The notes under the pieces are model-generated. The model saw only the letters and a program-made list of their open reading frames with translations, made no database searches and was not told the origin of the DNA. The position numbers and the translations under genes are program-made. From NCBI GenBank assembly GCA_015056205.1, contig SVGS01000016.1, positions 2,174 to 66,173 on the forward strand: DNA of 64,000 nt, written 5' to 3'. Origin of the DNA: Clostridiales bacterium. Lineage in GTDB: Bacteria; Bacillota; Clostridia; Christensenellales; Aristaeellaceae. Below, in pieces: positions 26,643 through 36,580 of the stretch. Positions within the stretch are counted from its first letter, which is position 1. Every line of letters begins with the position of its first letter.

Positions 26643-28037
26643 TCATCGGGAAACCGCCCTCCGGAACCGGATATGTCGCAGCCTTTCCAGGATCCCGGCC
26701 AGCATCTGCCGGGGCGTTCCGTCCCGGTCGTTTTCCAGCGGCGGAACCAGCAGCAGCGCCACCAGCAGCCGCAGCACAACGCCGATGATCACCAGGACCT
26801 GCAGACGGTCCGGCCTTCCGGAAAACAGGCCGGCGTTTTCCCAGAATTCCAGGAGCGCCCCGCCGCAAAGGGTGCCGAAGGCTACGCCCACCAGGGATGT
26901 GATGCAGGCAAAGATGGCGATATAGGAGGGACGCGCTTCATCCGGAGAGGCGGAAAGCTGCATGCTGTTCGCCGCCAGATTGCAGCCGCTCCAGCAGGCG
27001 GCGCCACAGAAATTGCGCAGCAGCACCGGCCAGATGCTTCCCGGCACGGAGAACAGATAGAACGCGTCCGTCAGAGAAGTCGCGACGGTGGAAATCAGCA
27101 TGACGCTCCGGCATCCGTAGTGATTCATGGCCTTGCCCCACCGGGACATCACCAGGATCGTGGCCACCGCGGCCGCCGCGGTGCCGAAAACCGTCATCTG
27201 CATGAAGGACAGGCCCATCTCATTGATGGAGTACCTTCCCAGATACGGCCCGGTCAGGTTGGAGGCAAAGCACCAGGCGGTCCACATCACAATCAGGCGG
27301 CAGAAGGGCCGCTCCTTCCGGATCCGCTTCAGCACGGCGCCCATGTGCAGCTTCCGGGGAGCGTCGCTGTATTTTTCCTCACACAGGCCGAAGCACAGCA
27401 TATCCAGCATGCCCAGAAAGCCCCCCAGGGCAAAGACGATGACGTACCGGGTGGGTACGGGCAGGGTATCCAGCATCCAGGCCGTCAGAAGGCCGAAGGC
27501 CAGATTGAATCCCGCGATCAGCATATCCCGGAAGGAGAACCATCTTCCCCGGAGCCGGGCCGGCGCCAGGTCGGAAAACCACGGGAGCCAGCAGACATTG
27601 ATGACCGCCCCGCAGCAGGAGGAAATCCCCAGCAGAAAAATCATGGTCCAGAGCGGGAGCCACGCGGGATTTGTCGGAATCACCAGGGGAATCAGGCCGA
27701 AGAGGATCCACAGGGCTCGGGAAAAAAGCCCCAGGGTCAGCATATAGCGTTTTCGCTGATGGGTACGGTTGACCAGCATGGAAAAGGGAATCTGCAAAAG
27801 GGCCGCGGCCTGCGGAATCCCGTTGATGAGCCCGAAGGCCAGATCGCCCGCGTGCAGCTCATTGGCCAGGCCGACCATGGCGGTCGTTCCTCCGCCGCAG
27901 ATAATGCCGTGCAGATTGCCGAAAAGATTGGCGAGCAGAATCAGATTCAGGCTCCGCCGAATGACCTTCGGCAGCTGAAATTCATCATAGAGGAGGGAGA
28001 GGGCCGACGTTCCCGGCTTCCGAAGATGAATCCGCAT
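26643..28037 (-). CDS. MFS transporter (possibly glycoside/oligosaccharide importer)
   Basis: About 464 aa and about 12 TM. The start is set at ATG 28037; the 46 aa upstream in the track ORF are Pro/Arg-rich and non-membrane. Confidence 0.8.
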   Translation of the reverse strand: MRIHLRKPGTSALSLLYDEFQLPKVIRRSLNLILLANLFGNLHGIICGGGTTAMVGLANELHAGDLAFGLINGIPQAAALLQIPFSMLVNRTHQRKRYMLTLGLFSRALWILFGLIPLVIPTNPAWLPLWTMIFLLGISSCCGAVINVCWLPWFSDLAPARLRGRWFSFRDMLIAGFNLAFGLLTAWMLDTLPVPTRYVIVFALGGFLGMLDMLCFGLCEEKYSDAPRKLHMGAVLKRIRKERPFCRLIVMWTAWCFASNLTGPYLGRYSINEMGLSFMQMTVFGTAAAAVATILVMSRWGKAMNHYGCRSVMLISTVATSLTDAFYLFSVPGSIWPVLLRNFCGAACWSGCNLAANSMQLSASPDEARPSYIAIFACITSLVGVAFGTLCGGALLEFWENAGLFSGRPDRLQVLVIIGVVLRLLVALLLVPPLENDRDGTPRQMLAGILERLRHIRFRRAVSR

Positions 28038-28158
28038 AACAACGATACCGCTCTTTCGATTCGTAATGTCAGGAATTATAATATGAATCCTGCCGGACGT
28101 CAACAGCGCAAACCGCCCCGGTCCGGGAGGCGGGAAAGATCGCGGCCACGGAGGAGAT

Positions 28159-31100
28159 TTATCCGCCGCAGGCAATCACTACGGACGCGACGGAGGCCCG
28201 CGTCAGGTCCTCCGCGCGGGACAGGCCGAACCAGGGCGTTCCGTCCGGCCGGAAATGCACCCGGCGGATTCCGTCGCACCGGAGGCTTTCCTTCAGGCCG
28301 GTCTCCGCGTGATAGGCGATCATCAGGTCCCCTTCCTCATCGGTATAAAAGGAATTATGTCCCGGGCCGTATTCGCCTTCCACGGAATAAAACGTCAGGA
28401 CCGGAACGGCGCTCTTCGTCCAGGAGGCCGGATCCAGCAGGTCGCTGCCGGTGTCCGCGGTCAGCAGACCCAGCGCGTAGGTATAGCTGTTGGCGGATCC
28501 GCCGGAATAGGTCAGATAAATCTTCCCGTCCCGCCCGAACGCGTGGGGGCCTTCGTTATTAATGGTTCCGGCCACGTTTTCCCAGCCGTACAGCGGCCGG
28601 GTCAGCAGCACCGGGTCGCCGGTCAGCCGCCAGGGCTCCCGCTCGTCCACGGAGGCGATATACAGCATGGAGCCGGAATCCAGGGGCGTGCCGATATGCT
28701 CCCGCCAGGACCAGACTACATAGGATCCGCTGCGCGCGGAGATATACGTCATATCCAGTGTGATAGCCGTATCCGCCAGCGGGGTTCCGTCCTTCCGCAC
28801 CACGCGAACCGGGTTTTCCCAGCCGTCCGGATCCGTGATCCGCCCGGTTTTTTTCTTTTTCATGATATGGCACTGGGGTCCCCATTCATGGCCGCTGACC
28901 GCGAAGAGAAGATACAGCTCACCGCCGATGACATGGAACTCCGGCGCCCAGAAGGTTTGCTCAAAGCCGCGCTCCGGGCTGAAGGGAAGGATCAGGTGCT
29001 CCGTGACGCCTTTTTCGAACAGTTCCTCCACCGTATCAGCCTCCCGGACATAGAGGCCGATATCATCCAGATTGTCGTTGGTCGAAATATAGTACCATTT
29101 CCCTTTCCAGGGGAAGAGAACGGGATCCCCGTAGCCTTCGGCCAGGGGGAAACGGAAGGACCGCTGGGAAACCGTGCCGCGCGCGGCGAAGCGGCCGGGC
29201 CCGCCGAAACGGACGGACGCCGGATCCCAGGCAATTTTCTTTTTCCGGACCGACAAGTCGCTGTAACGGACCAGGGCGGGAACCGCGTCCAGCGCCCGCG
29301 CGCTGTCCGCGCGGATTTCCTCCGGAACGCTGATTCCGGTATACACGACCGGGCTCCACCGGCGCAGGGCGGTTTCCGCCTCCGCCCGGCCAACCTTCAG
29401 GGACGTGGAGACGCAATCCGCGGGGAGCGAGTCCGCATCCACCAGGCCGGCGCACTCAAATCGGATCAGATCCCGGGTTTTCCACAGGAGCCGCTTCCCG
29501 GCGGCCTCTTCATCCGGCCTGCCGTCCTCGTGAATCCGCTCGGCGCAGATACAGACGGTACCGTCCTCCGCCCGGAAGATTCCGGGATTGCGGACGCCCA
29601 GCGGGACGATGGTATTTTCGGCGGAAACCCGGCCCTCCGCGAAGAGCACGCCATAGTTTTTATTGAAGGGAATCCGCCCGGTATCCTCCGTTTCGAGAGC
29701 CAGATGGACGCTGTTGGCCAGGCCGGCCGGATAATCTTCCTCGCTGACCGGCCGGGTACAGACATGAAGGACCGCCGGATCATCGCGCCAGGCTTCCCCG
29801 GCGAGCCCCTCCAGGATGGAGCCGCAGGCCCAGGGCATCAGCGCGAACCAGGTGGACGCCGGGGAGCCGTCGGGCCAGGTTTCCGTCAGCAGGCCCTCGC
29901 TGTGGCAGAAGCGCTCGGACATCCAGCCGGTTTTTCCGTATCCGTATTCCCCGTCCCGGGTATTATGGCACTGGCAGCTCCACAGCAGGGTATCCTCCAG
30001 GCGGCCTCGGATATAGGGGTCATCCCGGAAGCGCAGGTAATACGCCATTTCATCCATAACGGAAGAGGACATCGGATGGATATGCGGGTTGGTGACGGAG
30101 GTGATGCTGCCGCCGCAGCTGGACCAGCCGGCCGTGCTGAGGGGCGGCACCTGAATCGGGGAATTATAGCAGAACTTGAACGTGAATTCATAGTACAGCG
30201 CGTCCCGGAGATGGTCCAGCAGCGTTTCCCGCCGGGCCCGGTCCGCCGGATCCTCCGGATCCAGGACCGCGTGCAGATTCCGGACGGCGCGAATATAGCT
30301 CAGCACGCCTTCGGAATCGATATTTTTGTCAATATCCAACGGGCCGCCCCAGCACGCCTCATGGCGGATATAGGTTTCATGATACCAGGTTTCGCTTGCC
30401 AGCAGGGCGGGCAGATTTCCCCGTTCCCCTGTCAGGCGGACGTACAGGGCCGCGGCCGCCAGGCACCACGCGCCGGAGAAGGAATCATATTCCAGGCCGG
30501 CGCCGGTCTGGTCGGAAAAGATATAGGGATACTCGCCGTCGGCGTTCCGGCCCCGCTCCGCGCGGTCCAGCACCCGCCGCGCGAAAGCGAGCCAGTCCGC
30601 GTGTTCGGCGCCGCAGGCTTTTTCGCATTCATAAGCCTTCAGAATCAGATACACGCTCTGGCCGACCAGATACGCAGCGTGGCCGGGAACCGGCTGTTTG
30701 TCATACCACCAGCCGCGGTTGCTCCAGACGCCGTTTTCCTCCGCCAGGAAGGGCAGGCCGCTGCGGGGATTCAGGCTGCCGCCGACGATATGGCCGACGC
30801 AGTCCAGCGCCTGGGCGCGCATCGTTTCATCCCCCAGCCGCCGGGCGGCCAGAAGCATCGGCACCGCCGCCGCGAGCCCGTTGGTCCAGGCTACGGAGGG
30901 AAGAAGACGGGTTTCAAAATGCGTTCCCCGGTCGAACACAAAGCCGGCATAGCAGTGGGCGTCCGGAATCCAGGCGTCCCGGGCGACGGCGCCGGCGATC
31001 TCCCGGACGGTTTCACAGACGGTGCGCCGCCTGCGGGGCGGCTCATGCCAGAGGGCGTAAACCTGCTTCAGGACGCTGTGGATTTCCCGCTCATCCTCCG

Positions 31101-31761
31101 CCGGACGGTCAAAGCAGTGTAGCGTGACGGTGACCGTCTCCCCCCGGCGGAGGCGGAAGCTGTTTTCATCCAACGGCTTCCGGGGCAGGATATGATGGGA
31201 ATCAACGAACAGCCACGGCGCGTTTTCGTATCCCAGGGTATACCAGAGTTCGCCGTCCTCCAGAGAACAGCCGAACCCCGCGTAACCGCCGAACGCTCCG
31301 GAGAGCCCCGGCTGCCAGGCCCGGGATTCTCCGCCGCAGCGCAGCCGGTACGGCGCGGCGGACAGGCCCAGGAGCCTGTTTTTCAGAAACATCATCGCGC
31401 AGGGGTGGGACAGCCGGTCGCCGCGTACCATCCACCAGGGGGAAGCCGGGCAGCCGCCGTCCATGCGCAGGCGCGGGGTTTTGCTGTCCGTCACCAGCGG
31501 CGCGGCGCCGCGGTTCGTGCCGTACATGAAGCCGGGCAGGAAGAAACGGGCGGAAGGATCCGGCTCCTCCGCGCACAGGGCGATCCGGATGACGCCGTCG
31601 AAACCGGCGTCCGCCGTGATCCGGATCCGCGCGTCCGTCCTCTCCCCTGTTTCGGAAAAGAGGACCTCCCCGCGGAGGGAATGCCGTTCGAAGGATTCGT
31701 AGTTTTCCGGTCCGTCCTTGGCGCGGGCCGTCAGCCGGATGATCAGAGGGGACATGCTCAT
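28159..31761 (-). CDS. Large cytoplasmic glycoside hydrolase: uncharacterised N-terminal ~870 aa fused to a C-terminal GH43 domain
   Basis: The C-terminal ~330 aa have GH43 hallmarks (GYGDPVLF, FWAPEFH, NNEGPHAF). There is no signal peptide. The N-terminus is Cys/Trp-rich with no motif I can name. Confidence 0.8.
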   Translation of the reverse strand: MSMSPLIIRLTARAKDGPENYESFERHSLRGEVLFSETGERTDARIRITADAGFDGVIRIALCAEEPDPSARFFLPGFMYGTNRGAAPLVTDSKTPRLRMDGGCPASPWWMVRGDRLSHPCAMMFLKNRLLGLSAAPYRLRCGGESRAWQPGLSGAFGGYAGFGCSLEDGELWYTLGYENAPWLFVDSHHILPRKPLDENSFRLRRGETVTVTLHCFDRPAEDEREIHSVLKQVYALWHEPPRRRRTVCETVREIAGAVARDAWIPDAHCYAGFVFDRGTHFETRLLPSVAWTNGLAAAVPMLLAARRLGDETMRAQALDCVGHIVGGSLNPRSGLPFLAEENGVWSNRGWWYDKQPVPGHAAYLVGQSVYLILKAYECEKACGAEHADWLAFARRVLDRAERGRNADGEYPYIFSDQTGAGLEYDSFSGAWCLAAAALYVRLTGERGNLPALLASETWYHETYIRHEACWGGPLDIDKNIDSEGVLSYIRAVRNLHAVLDPEDPADRARRETLLDHLRDALYYEFTFKFCYNSPIQVPPLSTAGWSSCGGSITSVTNPHIHPMSSSVMDEMAYYLRFRDDPYIRGRLEDTLLWSCQCHNTRDGEYGYGKTGWMSERFCHSEGLLTETWPDGSPASTWFALMPWACGSILEGLAGEAWRDDPAVLHVCTRPVSEEDYPAGLANSVHLALETEDTGRIPFNKNYGVLFAEGRVSAENTIVPLGVRNPGIFRAEDGTVCICAERIHEDGRPDEEAAGKRLLWKTRDLIRFECAGLVDADSLPADCVSTSLKVGRAEAETALRRWSPVVYTGISVPEEIRADSARALDAVPALVRYSDLSVRKKKIAWDPASVRFGGPGRFAARGTVSQRSFRFPLAEGYGDPVLFPWKGKWYYISTNDNLDDIGLYVREADTVEELFEKGVTEHLILPFSPERGFEQTFWAPEFHVIGGELYLLFAVSGHEWGPQCHIMKKKKTGRITDPDGWENPVRVVRKDGTPLADTAITLDMTYISARSGSYVVWSWREHIGTPLDSGSMLYIASVDEREPWRLTGDPVLLTRPLYGWENVAGTINNEGPHAFGRDGKIYLTYSGGSANSYTYALGLLTADTGSDLLDPASWTKSAVPVLTFYSVEGEYGPGHNSFYTDEEGDLMIAYHAETGLKESLRCDGIRRVHFRPDGTPWFGLSRAEDLTRASVASVVIACGG

Positions 31762-31771
31762 CCCTCCTTGC

Positions 31772-32566
31772 TTATTTCATATGGATATCCATCTGCGGAT
31801 AGGGAATGGAGATTCCCGCCTCGTCCAGGGCGCGTTTTCCGTTATCCAGCAGGCGGAAATTCACCGGCCAGTAATCCGCCGAATTCACCCACACCCGGAC
31901 CGAAAAATCTAGGCTGCTGTCCGCGCATTTGCTCAGATTGACGGCCGGCGCCGGATCCGCCAGGACCGCCTTTTCTTCCGACACGATCCGGTTCAGCACC
32001 TCATAAACCTGATCCAGACTGCTCTCATAGCTGACGGAAAAGGTCAGATCCAGCCGCCGGGTGCCCTCCCGGCTGAAATTCACGATGGGGGCGTTGGTCA
32101 GGGTGCCGTTGGGCAGGCTGACATGCCGGTTGTCAAAGGTGACGATTTCCGTATAGAAGGTTCCGACGACTTTCACGGTGCCTTCGTTCTCCCCGATTTT
32201 GACATACTCCCCTGCCCGGATGGGCTTGAACAGGAGCAGAATGAACCCGCCGATCAGGTTGGTCAGAACGCCCTGCATGGCCAGGCTGATCGCCACACTC
32301 GCGGAACCGATGATCGTGATGATCGACGTCATGGGAATACCCATGGTGTTCACGGCCGTCATGATCACCACCACGTAGAGAACAATCCGGATCAGGTTTT
32401 TAATGAACCCCCTCAGCGTGGGTTCGAGTTTGATCTTTTTTTCATACCGGTCAAAAAACTTCATGACCCAGTGAACCAGGAACAGGCCCACCGCCAGGGT
32501 CAGCAGGCCGCGCAGCAGATCCACTCCGGCCGTGGTAAAGAAATTCTGAATCGCGTTCCAGTTCAT
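31772..32566 (-). CDS. Mechanosensitive ion channel (MscS family)
   Basis: 264 aa with three N-terminal TM segments, a pore helix (IGSASVAISLAMQGVLTNLIGG) and a beta-domain. Confidence 0.9.
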   Translation of the reverse strand: MNWNAIQNFFTTAGVDLLRGLLTLAVGLFLVHWVMKFFDRYEKKIKLEPTLRGFIKNLIRIVLYVVVIMTAVNTMGIPMTSIITIIGSASVAISLAMQGVLTNLIGGFILLLFKPIRAGEYVKIGENEGTVKVVGTFYTEIVTFDNRHVSLPNGTLTNAPIVNFSREGTRRLDLTFSVSYESSLDQVYEVLNRIVSEEKAVLADPAPAVNLSKCADSSLDFSVRVWVNSADYWPVNFRLLDNGKRALDEAGISIPYPQMDIHMK

Positions 32567-32607
32567 GCTGTTTCCCTCCGTACGCTGTTTTTTTCAGTTC
32601 GCTTTTT

Positions 32608-33684
32608 TCAGTTCGCCGTTTTTTCAGGCGGCGGCAGGTTTTCCCGCTCTTCCTTCAGCGCCTCTTCCGGAGCCGCCTTCGTTTCATTATAGAAATTCAC
32701 AATGACGGAGGTAATCAGGGCGACCACCACAATGCCGTAAACTCCCAGAACCACCCCCAGGATCCGGCCGATCGGGGCGTTCGTCGTCACATCCCCGTAG
32801 CCGATGGTAGTCACGGTGGCAAAGCAGAACCACAGCGCGTCCTCAAAGCTCCTGAAATTATCATCCATCGTGCACAGCAGAATGGAGAAGGCGATCATAA
32901 GCAGGAGCATTCCGAACAGGATTTCCGCGGCATAGGACTTGCGAATGACTTTCCGGAGCACATCCAGCCGGATCTGCGAAAAGGAAAGCTTCAGGATTTC
33001 CTTCAGGGAGATCAGGGAAATCAGAGCCAGCACAATATACGGGGACGTCGGTAAAACGCTGAACTGAACCGCGATCAGAATGAACAGCATCAGCGCCGGC
33101 GTGATATCCCGGATCCGGTGCTTTTCCTTCAGCCGGAGGGCCATTTTAACGATCAGCCTCAGACTGTACACGAGATTCATGATCAGGATGGAAATTCCCG
33201 TCACGCCCAGAAACAGGAAAGGAATTCCGCAGCCCAGATAAGCCGCGGCGTCGATTCCGTAAAGAAGGCGTTTCTTTTTCGCGCATTTTTCCCACGGCAG
33301 AGCGCCCGGAATCATCGCCGCGATCAGGAGCCCGAAGAGTCCTGCATAGATCATTCCGAAGATATCGGGGCGCTCCGTCATCAGGCGCAGAATCCGCTGC
33401 TGCAGGGAATCCGATCCGTCCGCCGGTTCCGCCGTGATTCGGACCGTCGTTTTCTCGTGCTCCGTTCCGGCGTTTTCCGCTCCATTCCCCGCCCCCGGCA
33501 GAGACTGCACGGTCAGCTGGATCGCCTCGAGGGCGGCGAAGGTTTCCGGCTCGGTTTCCTTCAGCTCCTGCATGCCCGTAGCCGCGAACAGCAGAATCGA
33601 CGCGGAAAACAGAAACAGCGAAATCATCAGGATCAGGGTTTGGCAGCTTCCCTGCACAAGCAGTTTTTTCATGTTTTCTTCCAT
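32608..33684 (-). CDS. Potassium channel family protein
   Basis: Selectivity filter TTIGYGD and multiple TM segments upstream. Confidence 0.85.
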   Translation of the reverse strand: MEENMKKLLVQGSCQTLILMISLFLFSASILLFAATGMQELKETEPETFAALEAIQLTVQSLPGAGNGAENAGTEHEKTTVRITAEPADGSDSLQQRILRLMTERPDIFGMIYAGLFGLLIAAMIPGALPWEKCAKKKRLLYGIDAAAYLGCGIPFLFLGVTGISILIMNLVYSLRLIVKMALRLKEKHRIRDITPALMLFILIAVQFSVLPTSPYIVLALISLISLKEILKLSFSQIRLDVLRKVIRKSYAAEILFGMLLLMIAFSILLCTMDDNFRSFEDALWFCFATVTTIGYGDVTTNAPIGRILGVVLGVYGIVVVALITSVIVNFYNETKAAPEEALKEERENLPPPEKTAN

Positions 33685-33885
33685 ACCGCGGACCGGGGCG
33701 GTATCTTCCTCCTTGTTTTCAGTCCCTTCTTATGATTATATATCCGCCCGGCAAGGCTTATCAAGAGTGTTTCTTGCGAAAAGCCCCGGCCGTGGGTTAT
33801 ACTTACCGGCAGGGGAAGACGGAACGGCCCGCCGGCAGGCGGCCACCGGTTCTTCGCCACACAAAAAAAGAGGAGGAAAACAGAA

Positions 33886-34308
33886 ATGAAAAAATGGATT
33901 GCAGTCCTGCTGGCCGTCATGACGGCGCTGGCCGCGCTTCCGGCCTTCGCGGAATCGGATTCCGGCGCGCCTGCGGCCGAAGCGGAGGAAAAGAAAGACG
34001 TACAGTACGTGCTTTTCCTGGGAACCAACGACAAGGACACCAACAAGCCGGTATTCACACAGGACGAAGCCATGGAAAAGGCCAGGGATATCCTGATCCG
34101 GCGTTTCGGTGGATACACCATTCAGGAAGCCCACGGCGGGTGGATCGACAACGGAAAGGTGTTTCAGGAATACACGCTGATCATCTATCTGAGCGATACA
34201 ACGCCGGAGCTGGTGCATGACGCCGCGGCGGAAATGGTGGAAACCTTTCATCAGAGTTCCGTGCTGATTCACGCGAACGAAACCACAACGGAGTTCTACA
34301 CGCCGTAA
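33886..34308 (+). CDS. Small secreted hypothetical protein
   Basis: 140 aa with a signal peptide (MKKWIAVLLAVMTALAALPAFAES). Confidence 0.7.
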   Translation: MKKWIAVLLAVMTALAALPAFAESDSGAPAAEAEEKKDVQYVLFLGTNDKDTNKPVFTQDEAMEKARDILIRRFGGYTIQEAHGGWIDNGKVFQEYTLIIYLSDTTPELVHDAAAEMVETFHQSSVLIHANETTTEFYTP

Positions 34309-34387
34309 ACGAAAAAGCCTTCGCTTTTTCGTTCCGGTACGAACGGTTATCCGCAATCCGGGGCTGGCGCCCCGGATGCTTTTTTTT
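34308..34387 (+). terminator. Two tandem terminator hairpins
   Basis: Hairpin 1: aacgaaaaagc, loop cttc, gctttttcgtt (34308-34333). Hairpin 2: atccgggg, loop ctggcg, ccccggat, then T8 (34356-34387). Confidence 0.8.
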
Positions 34388-34637
34388 GCCTCTCCGGAGG
34401 GCTTTTTTCGGAAGCGCGGGCCGCCCCCGGCGGATTTCGCGGCCGGGATTTTCGCGGGGGTCCGGGCAGGCGCAAAAATACTGCATATGCCGGAAGGAGG
34501 CCGCGGCCCTTATTTTTCAACGATACGCAAAAATTGTGCGTCTTCCTTCCCGCCCCCGTTTCGGCCATAATCGGGGTGAAAGAAAACAAGCCGGTCCAAT
34601 CTCACAGCCCCGAAGCCCATGAAGGAGGTTCTATTCG

Positions 34638-35591
34638 ATGAGTGTTTCAGCATCCGTCCAGCCCCGCTCCGGCGGTCTCCGGCGCAGAATGGCCCTGGCC
34701 CTGCGGCGGGACTGGCAGCTATGGGTTCTGATGCTTCCGTGCCTCGCGTTTTTCATCGTCTTCTGCTATTTTCCGATGTACGGGGTTCAGATTGCCTTCC
34801 GGGATTACAAGGCGGCCTTCGGAATCACCGGGAGCCAGTGGGTCGGGCTGAAATATTTCGAGAAATTCTTTTCCAGCTACTACTGCGGAAGAATGTTCCT
34901 GAACACTTTCCTGCTGAACCTGTTCGGCCTGGTTTTCGGCTTCCCGGTTCCGATCCTGCTGGCCATCATGCTGAACCAGCTCCGGGGGAAACGCTTCAAG
35001 GGCTTTGCCCAGACGGCGATCTACGTGCCCCACTTCATTTCCACGGTGGTGCTGGCCGGCATGATCTACCTCTTTTTCTCGCCGACCAACGGAATCATCA
35101 ATTCCCTGATTACCGCCGCCGGAGGGAAAAGCATTTACTTCATTATGGAGCCCGGCTGGTTCCGGCCGCTGTTCATCGGATCGGAAATCTGGCAGAACGC
35201 CGGATGGAACACGATCCTCTACATCGCCACGCTGACCAGCATCGATCCCCAGCTGTACGAGGCGGCCACGATCGACGGCGCCACCCGCTGGAACAAAATC
35301 CGGCATATCGACCTGCCCCATCTGGTTCCGATCGCGGTGATGATGCTGATCCTGAACTGCGGGTCGCTGCTGTCCTCCAACACGGACAAGGCGCTGCTGC
35401 TGCAAACCAGCGGAAACATGGCGACCTCCGACATTCTGGGGGTATACGTGTACAACGTGGGCATCGCCGCCTCCAAGGCGCAGTATTCCTACGCTTCCGC
35501 CATCGGCCTGTGCCTGAATGTGATCAACTTCGCCATCATCATGCTGGTGAACGGCGTATCCCGCAGGCTGAGCGAAATCAGCCTGTTCTGA
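34638..35591 (+). CDS. Sugar ABC transporter permease (LplB type)
   Basis: 317 aa and 6 TM, with the EAA-loop EAATIDGATRWNKIRHIDLP. Confidence 0.9.
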   Translation: MSVSASVQPRSGGLRRRMALALRRDWQLWVLMLPCLAFFIVFCYFPMYGVQIAFRDYKAAFGITGSQWVGLKYFEKFFSSYYCGRMFLNTFLLNLFGLVFGFPVPILLAIMLNQLRGKRFKGFAQTAIYVPHFISTVVLAGMIYLFFSPTNGIINSLITAAGGKSIYFIMEPGWFRPLFIGSEIWQNAGWNTILYIATLTSIDPQLYEAATIDGATRWNKIRHIDLPHLVPIAVMMLILNCGSLLSSNTDKALLLQTSGNMATSDILGVYVYNVGIAASKAQYSYASAIGLCLNVINFAIIMLVNGVSRRLSEISLF

Positions 35592-35607
35592 GAAAGGAGC
35601 GGTCGGG

Positions 35608-36516
35608 ATGAAACGCGTCCGCGAAACCCGGCAGGACCGGATTTTCAACGTCCTGAATCTCGTATTCTGGGGGATCATTCTGTTCATCGTGCTTTATCCC
35701 CTCTGGCTGATTCTGATCGCCTCCGTTTCGGATCCGGACGCGGTGCTGCAGGCCCGGGTGCTGATCTGGCCCGTGGATTTCTCCCTGATGGGATATGAAG
35801 CGGTTTTTCAGAACAGCGAGCTGCTGGGCAGCTATCTGAATTCCATTTTCTACACCGTCGCCGGCTCCGCCCTGAGCGTGATCATCTCCCTGGCGGCCGC
35901 CTACGCCCTTTCCCGGAAATTCGCCGGCAAGAAGCTGGTGAACCTGGCGATCACCTTCACCATGTTCTTCTCCGGCGGCCTGATCCCGATCTTCCTCAAC
36001 GTGCGGGATCTGGGGCTGTACAACACCCGGGCCGTGATGATCCTGATGAATCTGGTTTCCGTATGGAACCTGATGGTCGCCCGGACCTACATTCAGACCA
36101 GCATTCCCAACGACCTGTACGAGGCGGCCGTCATCGACGGGGCCGATCATTTCACCTATTTCTTCCGGTGCGTGCTGCCCCTTTCCGGCACCATCGTGGC
36201 GGTGCTGTCGGTTTACTACGGTGTCGCCCGCTGGAACGACTATTTCACCGGCCTGGTCATGCTGCGGGACCGCGGCCTGTATCCCCTGCAGCTGGTGCTG
36301 CGGGAGATTCTGGCCTCCCTCACCTCCACCGGTTCCTCGGATACCTTCTTCGCGGCCTACGCGGACAACCTGGGCGGCCTGCAGGCCGCGCTGCGCAAAG
36401 CGGAGGTCGCCAAGTACTGCTGCATCGTGGTAGCCACCGTGCCGGCCGTGGTACTCTACATCTTCATGCAGAAATATTTCGTGAAGGGCGTCATGATCGG
36501 CTCGCTGAAAGGGTAA
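35608..36516 (+). CDS. Carbohydrate ABC transporter permease (LplC type)
   Basis: 302 aa with the EAA-loop EAAVIDGADHFTYFFRCVLP. Confidence 0.9.
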   Translation: MKRVRETRQDRIFNVLNLVFWGIILFIVLYPLWLILIASVSDPDAVLQARVLIWPVDFSLMGYEAVFQNSELLGSYLNSIFYTVAGSALSVIISLAAAYALSRKFAGKKLVNLAITFTMFFSGGLIPIFLNVRDLGLYNTRAVMILMNLVSVWNLMVARTYIQTSIPNDLYEAAVIDGADHFTYFFRCVLPLSGTIVAVLSVYYGVARWNDYFTGLVMLRDRGLYPLQLVLREILASLTSTGSSDTFFAAYADNLGGLQAALRKAEVAKYCCIVVATVPAVVLYIFMQKYFVKGVMIGSLKG

Positions 36517-36580
36517 CGCCCGCACCCGCTTACGGATTCCGGGGCATCGGGCCCTGAAAATAGAAAAGGAGGAATCCCCT

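Noticed and set aside
34619-35611. Alternative 330-aa ORF in another frame over the first sugar permease
   Set aside because: Its translation is Arg/Pro/Gly-rich and non-membrane. The 34638-35591 frame gives a clean 6-TM LplB-type permease with an EAA loop.
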